A stretch of 64,000 bases of DNA, taken from NCBI RefSeq assembly GCF_004010195.1, contig NC_057719.1, positions 86,828,730 through 86,892,729 on the forward strand, in the 5' to 3' direction. This stretch comes from Chiloscyllium plagiosum (lineage: Eukaryota). Each line of letters opens with the position of its first letter. The stretch's first letter is position 1. Under the pieces are notes generated by a model, which was given only the letters and a program-made list of their open reading frames with translations, had not been told where the DNA came from and ran no database searches. A program made the position numbers and the translations under genes. This document shows, piece by piece, positions 52,661-64,000 of the stretch.

Positions 52661-55078
52661 TCAACATCTCACCATATTGGTTGCACTTGAATATTGATTG
52701 GCTGAAGTAATTTCTCAAGTAATTTTCTAAGTTTAACTCTGTATCTTTCAAAATACAATATTCTCACATCAGCCGGGTTTGGTGCGAAAAAATCATTCCT
52801 TCATATTGGGTCAAAATCTTGCATCACCCTCCCTAACAACATTATAGGCGTACCAACAACACAAGGACAACTTGTGGCTCAAAGCTGTGATTCACCACAC
52901 CTTCTAAAAAGTAATATGGGATCAAATGCCATGGCACAATCAGGCCATGTGAACAAATAAAAGCGATCTAATCAGAATGAAGGTGATTGTTTGTGGAATT
53001 TTGCTGTTGTGATTGCGAGGCACTTTTAGAATTAGCTTTATTGTCACATGTATTCATATTAGTGCAACGAAGAGTTAAATCACCACTTAAGATGCCATCT
53101 TAGGTACGAAGATACCCACGTAAAAAATCTTATGAAAAAAATGAGAAAAATAAAGAAAATGTTCAGCATTACAATCCTTCAAGCAGACTGTACTGAACTC
53201 AACCCGGGGCTACCTATTCCAAATACCTTCTGGGTACTTGTGGAACATTGAAAGTGTTCCCCTATCTCTGGGCCAGGAGGGCCAGGTTTGGTCCTTAGAG
53301 GGTTAGAAGGACAGCTATTAATGGAGGATTGAGCAAAGTGACTGTACAAAGCAAATTAATGAGGCCGATAAAGGTTCACACCCAAATATCCCGACATGGA
53401 GATCAATTGTTAAACGTCCTGTTGTAAGATGAGCAGATTCCTTCTCTTCATTTTAAAAAGTAAATTGTTTGACATTACCCTCACTGTGAAGGTGACTTTG
53501 CTGGAACTAGTTTAAGCTGGGTGGAACCTGAAATTTGAAAAGCTGTTTTTAACTTGCGAACAGAGCCACTATCTTGCAGGAAGTAATGCAACTTTGAAAA
53601 ACTGTGTTCTGACAGTGCCAGAGATAAACCATTAATCAACATGCTCTCAGATGTAAATATAATGACTCAGCTAAAAAAAAAGTGGATGAGTGATGACCTT
53701 CCTTCTCATTCTTGCTTTCACAACACAGGATTGTGTCACAGCACATGGTTAAGTTACAAAAATAACAATTCCCTGTTCCACGTCTGCCAGCTCTCCATAG
53801 ACTTCCCTTTGTAGGAAGGAACTTTCATCATGATGGGACATGGACATGACTTGTTCCAGGCACCAATAGTTCAAACCTCCATGCTTCCAGACTCTCCAAA
53901 ATCATATTAAGTGCTACCTTGACAGAGGTGTGGTTCATCAGCTCAGCGGTTAAAAAATCCCTTTTGGCCTATCAGACAGATACAAAAATCCACATCACTA
54001 TTTCAATGATGAGCAAGTTAGATCACCCTTGAATCCTAGGTTATTTATTTCTCAATCAACGTCACAGTAAGAAAGAAACAGATGATCTGATCATTATGCA
54101 ATTATCAGTAGCTCGCTGCGCAGAAACTGGCTACTCTGTTTCCTTCATTGTGAATGGAGTTCAACAGCACTCGAGACAGCCATCGGCAATGATCCAACTC
54201 TTTCTTTGCAGCCATTGCCACATCTACCTCTATTACTGTGACCACCTGCAACCCCACCCAATTCGCCCCTACCATATCATCTTTTTTAGTACTTCTGCCT
54301 CCTGAATTTCAATATCATTTCTAATTCGAAGGTGACAAAACAAATTGGCCCTAATTCTCCTTAATTACGTGAAACATAGATGTTGGGAAATAAACTCCTC
54401 GTTACATCCGAACTGGATCATAGTATTTTCTTTGCACATCCTCGCAGGACTGCAGTTTGCTGAGTCAGAATGTAAGATGAGTCAGCAAGATTGACCGTGC
54501 TAAATTGTCAGGCTGAGAAAATCTCTAACATTACAATCAAAAACAACTTGAATATGGCAAGAAGTTCAATGACATTTTGAAAGGCAATTAATTAAACAGT
54601 CCACAGTAAAGGGTTTCAAGAGAATGACATATGACATCGGACCAAAGGAGAGGAAGATAATTCATCTTACAAGACAGCTTTTTTAAGCCAGCCTTCAGTC
54701 TTATACCCAATGGGAAAAATGCTTAAAATCTACATCTTTCTGTTGAATAAAAACTGATTTGTTTGCACGTCAAATTCACCAGTGTCTCATTTGACCCACA
54801 AAATTTCCTATTACAGGTGAGAAGTTCTTATACAAACTAAACAATTCTACTCTTAAACTTTGGCAATTTTGGTCAGCCTTATATCACATCACCTGGCATC
54901 ACAACTGGTTTCACTCCTTCCAGGAAGTGAATTATAAATTCTGACCAACAATACTGTACAGGCTTTATGTACTAGAATCCTGCTTGCTGTTCAGTGAGCC
55001 AGATACTACCTAGAAACTACTGGTGACAGGAAACCTATTGTATGAATTAGCTGATCCCAAGGGTTGATATTTCCTTAC

Positions 55079-55151
55079 CAAAGTGTGCCATTCTCCCCCT
55101 TATCCAGACTGGTGAATCTGCTATAAAGGCGTGTAATCTGGCTGTGAGAAA
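55079..55151 (-). CDS. CHP1: CHP1 exon 2 (73 nt)
   Basis: atacag|(F)SHSQITRLYSRFTSLDKGENGTL|gtaagg. Confidence 0.97.
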
Positions 55152-56629
55152 CTGTATATAAACAAAAACAAAATCAGATAGAGTTAGGAGTAAGTGGGTT
55201 AGAATGTGCGTTAACTGCCCATATGAAAATAACCTCAATGAAGTCCCAAAACACAGCTTCTGTCAGCAGTGGCAATCAATCACTGCTCCATTAGTACAAT
55301 GTTATTTATCTTATTCTCTCTTTCCTCTTCCCACCTGCTTCTCTCCTATCTTGTCTCCCTGATCTCCATGCTACTGTCTACCTAGTTCCCTCTCCACCCT
55401 CACTCTTCTCTCCTCCCACCACACCATTCACACTCAAACCCATTTCTTCCTGAGTCTCTACTCTTTTCACAGATCCCACATTCACTTCACTTCACTCCCC
55501 TTCCCACTTGGTCTCTCTACTCCATTCATCCTACTATCCCCCTTACACCCTTTCCCTGCATTTCCAACCCACCCCTTCTTTTCTCATTGTCCCTTGTCCT
55601 CCCCGTCACCTCTCCCCAACGTNNNNNNNNNNNNNNNNNNNNNNNNNNNNNNNNNNNNNNNNNNNNNNNNNNNNNNNNNNNNNNNNNNNNNNNNNNNNNN
55701 NNNNNNNNNNNNNNNNNNNNNNNNNNNNNNNNNNNNNNNNNNNNNNNNNNNNNNNNNNNNNNNNNNNNNNNNNNNNNNNNNNNNNNNNNNNNNNNNNNNN
55801 NNNNNNNNNNNNNNNNNNNNNNNNNNNNNNNNNNNNNNNNNNNNNNNNNNNNNNNNNNNNNNNNNNNNNNNNNNNNNNNNNNNNNNNNNNNNNNNNNNNN
55901 NNNNNNNNNNNNNNNNNNNNNNNNNNNNNNNNNNNNNNNNNNNNNNNNNNNNNNNNNNNNNNNNNNNNNNNNNNNNNNNNNNNNNNNNNNNNNNNNNNNN
56001 NNNNNNNNNNNNNNNNNNNNNNNNNNNNNNNNNNNNNNNNNNNNNNNNNNNNNNNNNNNNNNNNNNNNNNNNNNNNNNNNNNNNNNNNNNNNNNNNNNNN
56101 NNNNNNNNNNNNNNNNNNNNNNNNNNNNNNNNNNNNNNNNNNNNNNNNNNNNNNNNNNNNNNNNNNNNNNNNNNNNNNNNNNNNNNNNNNNNNNNNNNNN
56201 NNNNNNNNNNNNNNNNNNNNNNNNNNNNNNNNNNNNNNNNNNNNNNNNNNNNNNNNNNNNNNNNNNNNNNNNNNNNNNNNNNNNNNNNNNNNNNNNNNNN
56301 NNNNNNNNNNNNNNNNNNNNNNNNNNNNNNNNNNNNNNNNNNNNNNNNNNNNNNNNNNNNNNNNNNNNNNNNNNNNNNNNNNNNNNNNNNNNNNNNNNNN
56401 NNNNNNNNNNNNNNNNNNNNNNNNNNNNNNNNNNNNNNNNNNNNNNNNNNNNNNNNNNNNNNNNNNNNNNNNNNNNNNNNNNNNNNNNNNNNNNNNNNNN
56501 NNNNNNNNNNNNNNNNNNNNNNNNNNNNNCCCTCCCGCCAGCTCCCTCCGAGACTCCACGCCTCCTTTTGACTCCCTCTCCTCCTCCCTCGAATTCCCCT
56601 TCCCCTTCCTCCTCCTCCTCCTCACTCAC

Positions 56630-56696
56630 AGCCGGTCTCCTTCTTGATTTCCTCGATCTCCTCCTCCCGGAGCAGGCTCGATGCCCTGGATCCCAT
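56630..56696 (-). CDS. CHP1: CHP1 exon 1 coding part (67 nt, N-myristoylation motif)
   Basis: ATG-MGSRASSLLREEEIEEIKKETG-T|gtgagt; the seven exons sum to 588 nt = 195 aa + stop with consistent phases. Confidence 0.97.
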
Positions 56697-56699
56697 TGT

Positions 56700-56900
56700 C
56701 TGTCGCCTGCTCACTCCGAACCCCGGCCCCGGGAATGCGCCGCGCGCGTTCTCGTGGCGGGGGTTGGCCCTCGGTGTGGGGGGGGAGGAGGGCTTCCGGC
56801 CGCGCGCCGCACCACGCCTCTCCGTGACGTCCGCCCGTGTCGTAATGGGTGATGACGTCACCCTCCTTCGCGAGACTGGCGTTCGCCAATCGTCAGGGCT
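56700..56900 (-). promoter_or_regulatory. CHP1 CpG island promoter
   Basis: Full CRE TGACGTCA at 56853-56860, TGACGT at 56825, GC box CCGCCC at 56831, CCAAT at 56886. Confidence 0.75.
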
Positions 56901-57277
56901 TCAAGAGCAGACAAGTGCAAGAGAAAATGTAACGTCTATTTAAGAAAATATACCGTTTATGTAGATAATTCATTTATTATATAGAAGCAAGAATAAGCTA
57001 TTCCCACGTCGAGATTGTTCTGCCATTCAGTAAGGTCACAGTTCACCATCCACTTCAGTGCCTTTTTTTAATTGCTGGCCCCATATCCCTTGACAACATT
57101 GATCTTTAGAAACCTGTCTCTCTAAATTTTCGGAAGAGGAAAGTGAATGAGGCAACATGAAAGAAAGGGTGTAATTCTCAAGTGGCCTCCCCACCACAGA
57201 GAGCTGCAGGTGGCAGGGCAGGTTCAGACTTGCACAGTCCTGGGCGTTGTCAAGCGTGTTATGGATTAGGAGTGATG

Positions 57278-57507
57278 TGTTGGACTGGGGTGGACAAAAT
57301 CACACAACACCAGGTTATAGTCCAACAGGTTTATTTGGAAGTGCTAGCTTTTAGAGCACACCCTAGTGGAGTAGGATCATAAGACATTAATTCTGTGTCT
57401 TAAGATTCTGCCCCATTAAGTTACCTGATGAAGGAGAAGTACTCTGAAAGCTCGTACTTCCAAATAAATCTGTTGGACCAAAACCTGGTGTTATGTAATT
57501 TTTAACA
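57278..57507. mobile_element. Inverted-repeat element (same family as 38461-38850) with a hammerhead core
   Basis: CAGGTTATAGTCCAACAGGTTTATTTGGAAG mirrored by CTTCCAAATAAATCTGTTGGAC; CTGATGAA-GGAG-AAGTA-CTCT-GAAAGCTC at 57425-57453. Confidence 0.6.
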
Positions 57508-58521
57508 TAGATTCAGAGAGCAAGGATCATGTCGGTGATTATAAAACACCCCTTTTAGGCTTCAGTTAACATGTCATGTCTAGTTCTGGCACCACACTTC
57601 AGGAAGGAGGCAGTGAGAATTGGGGGTGCAGTAAAGATTCAGAAAAATGATTATCGTGTTCAAGGGCTTTGGTTCCACAGATAGACGTGAGAAGCTGGGG
57701 TTGTTCTCCCTTAAGTGGAGAAAGCTGAGAGAAGGCTTTGTGGAGATATTCAAAATCACGAATATGAAAGAGAAAAGACTGGGGAAAAACTTTTCCTGTG
57801 GATGAAAGGGTCAATAACCACAGGACACCGATTTAAAGTAATTGTCAAAAGAAGCAAAGGCAAATGTGAGGAAAAATGTGTTTTGCAGGAACTAGTTAGG
57901 ATGTGAAATGCACACATGAATGTGGTGGAGGTAGTTTCCAGCATAGCTTTCAACATTATTTGAACAGGAAAGATACAGGAGCACAGGATTGGTTGAGTTG
58001 ATTTTGCAGAGTTGGCAGGATGTGAGAGATTGATCTAATATGCTGTCATTCATTGATTCTATCTGTGCAGAGACCTTTTGCTAAACAAGAATTCCTGTTA
58101 GCTGCCAATTTTGAATAAGATAAGAGAATGGACTGAGAAAATATATATTCAGGGAGTAAATAATAAATTTTGATACTCAGCAGCAGTGCCTTCATGCGCT
58201 GGATTCCTGCTTACTACTGTGACTTCAATGAGCATTACAATACTTAGGATGAGGGGAAATGTCTGCTGATAAAAGGAGGTGCAAATGCAAGGCTGTTCCC
58301 AATGGATTGTACTTCTGTACCAAAGTGTGCCATTATTTCCTATCTCTTTTCAAGGCTCATGAATCTGCCAAACAGGTGTGTCATTAGCTGTGAAAGACAG
58401 TTAAAGGAAAAACAGAAAAAAATAGACAGAGCTCAGTGGGTTAAAGTGGGTAAGAATGCTGTCCTTCCAATAACAGGGAACCTTCCTGAGTACCTTGGAA
58501 ACCTGTAACATATCCACTTAG

Positions 58522-61500
58522 CACAGAGTCAGTGAGATGTACAGCACAGAAACAGACCCTTCGGTCCAACCTGTCCATGCCAACCAGATATCCCAACCTA
58601 ATCTAGTCCCACCTGGTACCACCTGGCCCATATACTCCAAACCCTTCCTATTCATATACCCATCCGAATGCCTTTTAAATGTTGCAATGCCACTTTTTCT
58701 GGCAACTCATTCCATACACATACAACCCTCTGTGTGAAAAAGATGCCTCTTGTATCATCTCGCCCTAAACCCTAGTTCTGGACACCCCCACCCCAGGGAA
58801 AATACTTTGTCTATTTATCCTATCCATGCCCCTCATGATTTTATAAACCTCTATAAGGTCACCCCTCAGCCTCCGATGCTCCAGGGAAAACAGCCCCAGC
58901 CTATTCAACCTCTCCCTATGGTTCAAATCGTCCAAACCAGGCAACATCCTTGTAAATCTTTTCTGAACCCTTTCAAGTCTCACAATATATTTCCAATCGG
59001 AAGGAGACCAGAACTGCATGCAATATTCCAACAGTGGCCTAACCAATGTCCTGTACAGCCACAACATGACCTCCCAACTCCTGTACTTAATACTCTGACC
59101 AATAAAGGAAAGCATACCAAATGCCTTCTTCACTATCCTATCTACCTGCGACTGCACTTTCAAGGAGCTATGAACTTGCACTCCAAGGTCTCTTTGTTCA
59201 GCAACACACCTGAGGACCTGACCATTAAGTATATAAGTCCTGCCAAGATTTGCTTTCGCAAAATGTAGCACCTCACATTTATCTAAATTAAACTCCACAT
59301 CCCACTTCTCAGCCCATTGGCCCATCTGATCAAGACCACGTTGTAATCTGAGGTAACCTTCTTCGCTGTCCTCTACACCTCCAATTTTGGTGTCATCTGC
59401 AAACTTACTAACTGTACCTCTAATGCTCACATCCAAATCATTTGTGTAAATGACAAAAAGTAGAGGACCCAGCACCAATCCTTGTGGCACTCTGCTGGTC
59501 ACAGGCCTCCAGTCTGAAAAACAACCCTCCACCACCACCCTCTGTCTTCTACCTTTGAGCCAGTTCTTTATCCAAATGGTCAGTTTTCTCTGTATTCCAT
59601 GAGATCTAACCTTGCTAACTAGTCTCCCATGGGGAACCTTGTTGAATGCCTAACTGAAATCCATATAGATCACGTCCACTGTTCTGCCCTCATCAATCCT
59701 CTTTGTTACTTTTTCAAAAAACTCAATCAAGTTTGTGAGACATGATTTTCCATGCACAAAGCCATGTTGACTATCCCTAATCAGTCCTTGCCTTTCCAAA
59801 TACCTGTACACTCTGTCCCTCAGGATTCCCTCCAACAACATGCCCACCAATGATGTCAGGCACCCTGGCTTGTCCTTACCACCCTTAAACAGTGGCACCA
59901 TGTTAACCAACCTCCAGTCTTCTGGCACCTCACCTGTGACTATCGATGATACAAATATCTCAGTAAGAGGCCCAGCAATCACTTCCTTCGCTTCTCACAG
60001 AGATCTAGGGTACACCTGATCAGGTCCTGGGGATTTATCCACTTTTATGCGTTTCAAGACATCCAGCACTTCCTCCTCTGTAATCTGGACATTTTTCAAG
60101 ATGTCACCATCTATTTCTCTACATTCTATATCTTCCATATCCTTTTCCACAGTAAATACTGATGCAAAATACTTGTTTAATATCTCCCCCATCTCCTGCA
60201 GCCCCACACAAAGGCCACCTTGCTGATCTTTGAGGGACCCTATTCTCTCCCTAGTTATCCTTTCCTCCTTAATGTATTTGTAAATAGCCTCTGGATTCTC
60301 CTTAACTCTATTTACCAAAGCTATCTCATGTCCCCTTTTTGCACTCCTGATTTCTCTCTTAAGTGTACTTCTACTGTCTTTATACTCTCCTAAGGATTCA
60401 CTTGATCTATCCTGTCTATACCTGACATATGATTCCTTCTTTTTCTTAACCCAACACTCAATTTCTTTAGTCATCCAGCATTCCCTATACTTACCAGCCT
60501 TTCCTTGACAGAAATATACTTTCTCTGGACTCTCGTTATCTCATTTCTGAAGGCGAGGTAAAAATAATGACTGCAGATGCTGGAAACCAGATTCTGGATT
60601 AGTGGTGCTGGAAGAGCACAGCAGTTCAGGCAGCATCCGATGCGGAGGATGAGGCGTTCTTCCTCTGGACATGGAGCTCCCTCACCACCAGATGCTTGGA
60701 GGAAGAACACCTCCTCTTCCGCCTCGGAACACTTCAACCCCAGGGCATCAATGTGGACTTCACCCTCCTCTAACTTATCCCTCCACCCTTCAGGCTCTCT
60801 GCCTGTATTCCTGATGAAGGGCTTTTGCCTAAAACATCGATTTTACTGCTCCTCGGCTGCTGCCTGAACTGCTGTGCTCTTCCAGCACCACGAATCCAGA
60901 ATCATTTCTGAAGGCTTCCCATTTTCCAGCCGTCCCTTTACCTGCAAACATCTGCATCCAATCAGCTTTTGAAAGTTATAGAGTCATAGAGACGTACAGC
61001 ATGTAAACAGACCCTTCGGTCCAACCTGTCCATGCCAACCAGATAGCCCAACCCAATCTAGCCCCACCTGCCAGCACCCGGCCCACAATCCTCCAAATCC
61101 TTCCCATTCATATACCCATCCAAATGCCTCTTAAGTGTTGCAATTGGCCTTCCTTCAATTTAGAACTTCAACTTTTAGATCTGGTCTATCCTTTTCCATC
61201 ACTATTTTAAAATGAATAGAATTATGGTCGCTGGCCCCAAAGTGCTCCCCCCTGACACCTCAGTCACCTGCCCTGCCTTATTTCCTAAGAGTAGGTCAGA
61301 TTTTGCACCTTCTCTAGTAGATGCATCTACATACTGAATCAGAAAGTTTACTTGTACACACTTAACAAATTCCTCTCCATCTAAACCCTTAACACTATGG
61401 CAGTCCCAGTCTATGTTTGGAAAGTTAAAATCCCCCTCCCATTTACCACCCTATTATTCTCACAGATAACTGAAATCTCCTTACAAATGTGTTTCTTAAT

Positions 61501-62405
61501 TTCCCTCTGACTATTGGGGGGTCTATAATATAATCCCAGTAAGGTGATCATCCCTTTCTTATTTCTCAGTTCCACCCAAATAACTTCCCTGGATGTATTT
61601 CTGGGAATATCCTCCCTGAGTACAGCTGTAATGCTATCTCTTATCAAAAACGCCACTCCCCCTCCTCTCTTTCTATCTTTCCTGTAGCATTTGCATCCTG
61701 GAACATTAAGCTGCCAGTCGTGTCCATCCCTGAGCCATGTTTCTGTAATTGCTATGATATCCCAGTCCCATGTTCCTAACCATTCCCTGAGTTCATCTAC
61801 CTTCCCTGTTAGGTCTCTTGCATTGAAATAAATGCAGTTTAATTTATCAGTCCTACTTTGTTCTCTGCTTTGTCCCTGCCTGCCCTGACTGTTTGACTCG
61901 CCTTTGTTCTCAACTGTACCAATGTCAGATTGAAATCTTTCCTCTCTATCTCCCTGACTCTCCCTGCCAGTATATTAGTCCCCTTCCAATTTAGGTGCAA
62001 TCCATCCTTCTTGTACAGGTCACTTCTACCACAAAACAGCTTCCAATGATCCAAAACTGTGATCCTTCTCCCATACACCAGCTCCTCAGCCTTGCATTCA
62101 TCTGCTCTATCCTCCTATTCCAGCCCTCATTAGCTTGTAGCACCGGGAGTAATCCAGATATTACTTACTCTTGAGGACCTCCTTTTTAAATTTCTGTAAT
62201 GTCCCTTCAGAGTCTCAATCTTTTCCTTTCCTGTGTCATTGGTTCCAATGTGTACAATAACCTTCTGCTGGCCCCTCTCCCCCTTGAGAACCTTCCTGGC
62301 ACCAGGGAAGCAATGCACCATTTTGATTTTTCGCTGCTGGCCACAGAAACATCTGTCTATACCTCGGACTAGAGAGTCCCCAAAGACAATCGATCCCTTG
62401 GAACT
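58522..62405 (-). mobile_element. Near full-length decayed CR1 LINE (ORF1 SGNH esterase, ORF2 endonuclease/RT) with nested inserts
   Basis: VHCFPGAR..VHIGTND and DGLHLNWKG (esterase); IWVELRNKKG..GLYYRPPNS (endonuclease); VPQG.VLGPLLF and FADDTK (RT). Confidence 0.92.
60555..60901. mobile_element. Penelope-derived insertion with inverted termini and a GIY-YIG tail remnant
   Basis: TCATTTCTGAAGGC at 60541-60554 and 60902-60915; mutated hammerhead CTGATGAAGGGCTTTTGCCTaAAAC at 60811. Confidence 0.8.
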
Positions 62406-62413
62406 GTTTTTTT

Positions 62414-62702
62414 TAGATTACTTACAGTGTGGAAACAGGCCCTTCGGCCCAACAAGTCCACACCGACCCGCCGAAGCGTAACCCACCCAGACCCATTCTC
62501 CTACATTTACCCCTTCACCCAACACTACGGGCAATTTAGCATGGTCAATTCACCTAACCTGCACGTTTTTGGATTGTGGGAGGAAACCGGAGTACCCGGA
62601 GCAGACACGGGGAGAATGTGCAAACTCCACACAGAGTCGCCTGAGGCGGGAATTGAACCCTGTGAGGCAGCAGTGCTAACCACTGTGCCACAGTGCCGCC
62701 CT
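62414..62702 (-). mobile_element. Shark SINE (HE1/V-SINE-like)
   Basis: Same head and core as the 51011-51319 copy. Confidence 0.88.
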
Positions 62703-62947
62703 CTAACTTGATATACCTCTCATTCCATTAGAGCACTCATTACACTAGGAAGGGAATAGAGGAATACAAATCCTGTAAGTGAAGACAGTTTTAATATGGA
62801 AGGGCAAAACGTGGCACCACAGGCTTGGAGGGCCAAACAGCCTGTTCCTGTGCTTCAGGTTAGATTAGATTAGATTAGATTACTTACAGTGTGGAAACAG
62901 GCCCTTCGGCCCAACAAGTCCACACCGACCTGCCTATACTGTTCTTT

Positions 62948-63168
62948 AGGAGAAAGTGAGGACTGCAGCTGCTGGAGATTAGAGTCGAGAATATGGTGCT
63001 GGAAAAGCACAGCAGGTCAGGCAGCATCCGACGAACAGGAGAATTGACGTTTCAGGCATAAGCCCTTCATCAGGAATGAATGATGAAGGGCTTATGCCCG
63101 AAACGTCGAATTTCATGCTCCTTGGATGCTGCCTGATCTGCTGTGCTTTTCCAGCACCACACTCTCCA
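62948..63168. mobile_element. Palindromic Penelope-derived insertion with back-to-back hammerhead motifs
   Basis: ...GGCATAAGCCCTTCATCA GGAATGAA TGATGAAGGGCTTATGCCCGAAACGTC...; flanks CTATACTGTTCTTT and CTATATTGTTCTTT. Confidence 0.8.
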
Positions 63169-64000
63169 CTATATTGTTCTTTGTTCTTCTTTGTTAGCCA
63201 GTCTGATGGCAAAATTAAAATGACCCAATGAGCTTATGTGTATTGATGGTGAAGGTCTAAGTAGTCTTATTACAGCAAGTAATGCTAACTGTTTGCAACT
63301 GTCTCGGCCAAAACGCCTGAGAATTGGACCGTCTGATGGGATGTGTGTGGAATCAAGATCACCCATTTATTAGTAGGCACCTAGTAAGTGGATAGGAATG
63401 TTGCAGCTTTTCAGAGTGCTGTATAATTCGATAGGTGAATTTTCAGAAGCTATTCTAACAGAAGGCTGTTACACATAATGATTCATCCATGGAAACTTTC
63501 ACTGAAATGTAGTAAATATATCAATACTTAATTGACAAGCAATTTTGTACAGGGAAGAGGAAGAAACAAAACTTGACACCGATTTACTGTCACCAGGAAT
63601 GGCAAAAGCTGTTCTGCCATTCCCTCAGACCATGAACTGTTCATTCACTCCATTTATCCATCTTGATTCATATGCCTACACACTTGCTGAGCATTAAATC
63701 CATCAGTCAATCTCAAAGATGTAAATTGCTCTCGTATTAACAGCTTTTTGGGTGGAGAGTTCCACATTTCCACTTAACTTCACAGGAAACTATTCTGACT
63801 GATCACACCAAAATAGTACTCAGTTTAAGGTTATGGCTCCTTATTCATGATTCATCCATGAGAGGAAATAGCTTATCTGTGTTGACCCTCTCAAATCCCT
63901 TTGCTTCACTATTTTAAAGACTTAATAGTTTAGTCCCCTAAGTTATGTACATGGAACATTACAGTGCAGTACAGGCCCTTCAGCCCTTAAAGTTGCGCCA

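Noticed and set aside
45234..56696. Assignment as CHP2 or tescalcin
   Set aside because: The peptide matches CHP1 almost throughout (MGSRAS..., [27 protein letters not shown]; 195 aa).
55508..56852. Long ORFs containing X runs (also at 7.5-8.3, 16.1-17.1 and 28.8-29.5 kb)
   Set aside because: Artefacts of N gaps.
56697..56861. In-frame N-terminal extension of CHP1
   Set aside because: Starts at GTG within the promoter CRE; the conserved myristoylated MGSRAS start is at 56696.
63180..63640. Possible EXD1 exons
   Set aside because: No recognisable EXD1 peptide or convincing exon boundaries.

Overview
Vertebrate genomic DNA, almost certainly from a cartilaginous fish (shark-type tRNA-derived SINEs, CR1 LINEs and Penelope-like elements), with four N gaps. 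It holds a complete 7-exon CHP1 gene on the minus strand (CDS 56696->45234, 195 aa). It also holds an isolated run of 8 consecutive middle exons of DCTN1 (dynactin p150Glued) on the plus strand (8193-32323), bounded by a 500-N gap and a perfect 16-bp satellite; the rest of DCTN1 is absent. A CpG/CCAAT/YY1 promoter at 1-600 fires leftward and, by synteny with CHP1, is a candidate 5' end of the lncRNA Cyrano (OIP5-AS1). The most unusual structure is a DCTN1 intron that opens with a GC donor and contains 27 tandem copies of its own 3' splice site (hairpin, branch point, pyrimidine tract, CAG|GTTG, usually followed by GTGAGT) ahead of the real acceptor. Many short Penelope-derived insertions carry minimal hammerhead ribozyme motifs, and several are long near-perfect palindromes. 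All identifications come from reading the sequence and from remembered homology; no searches were run.
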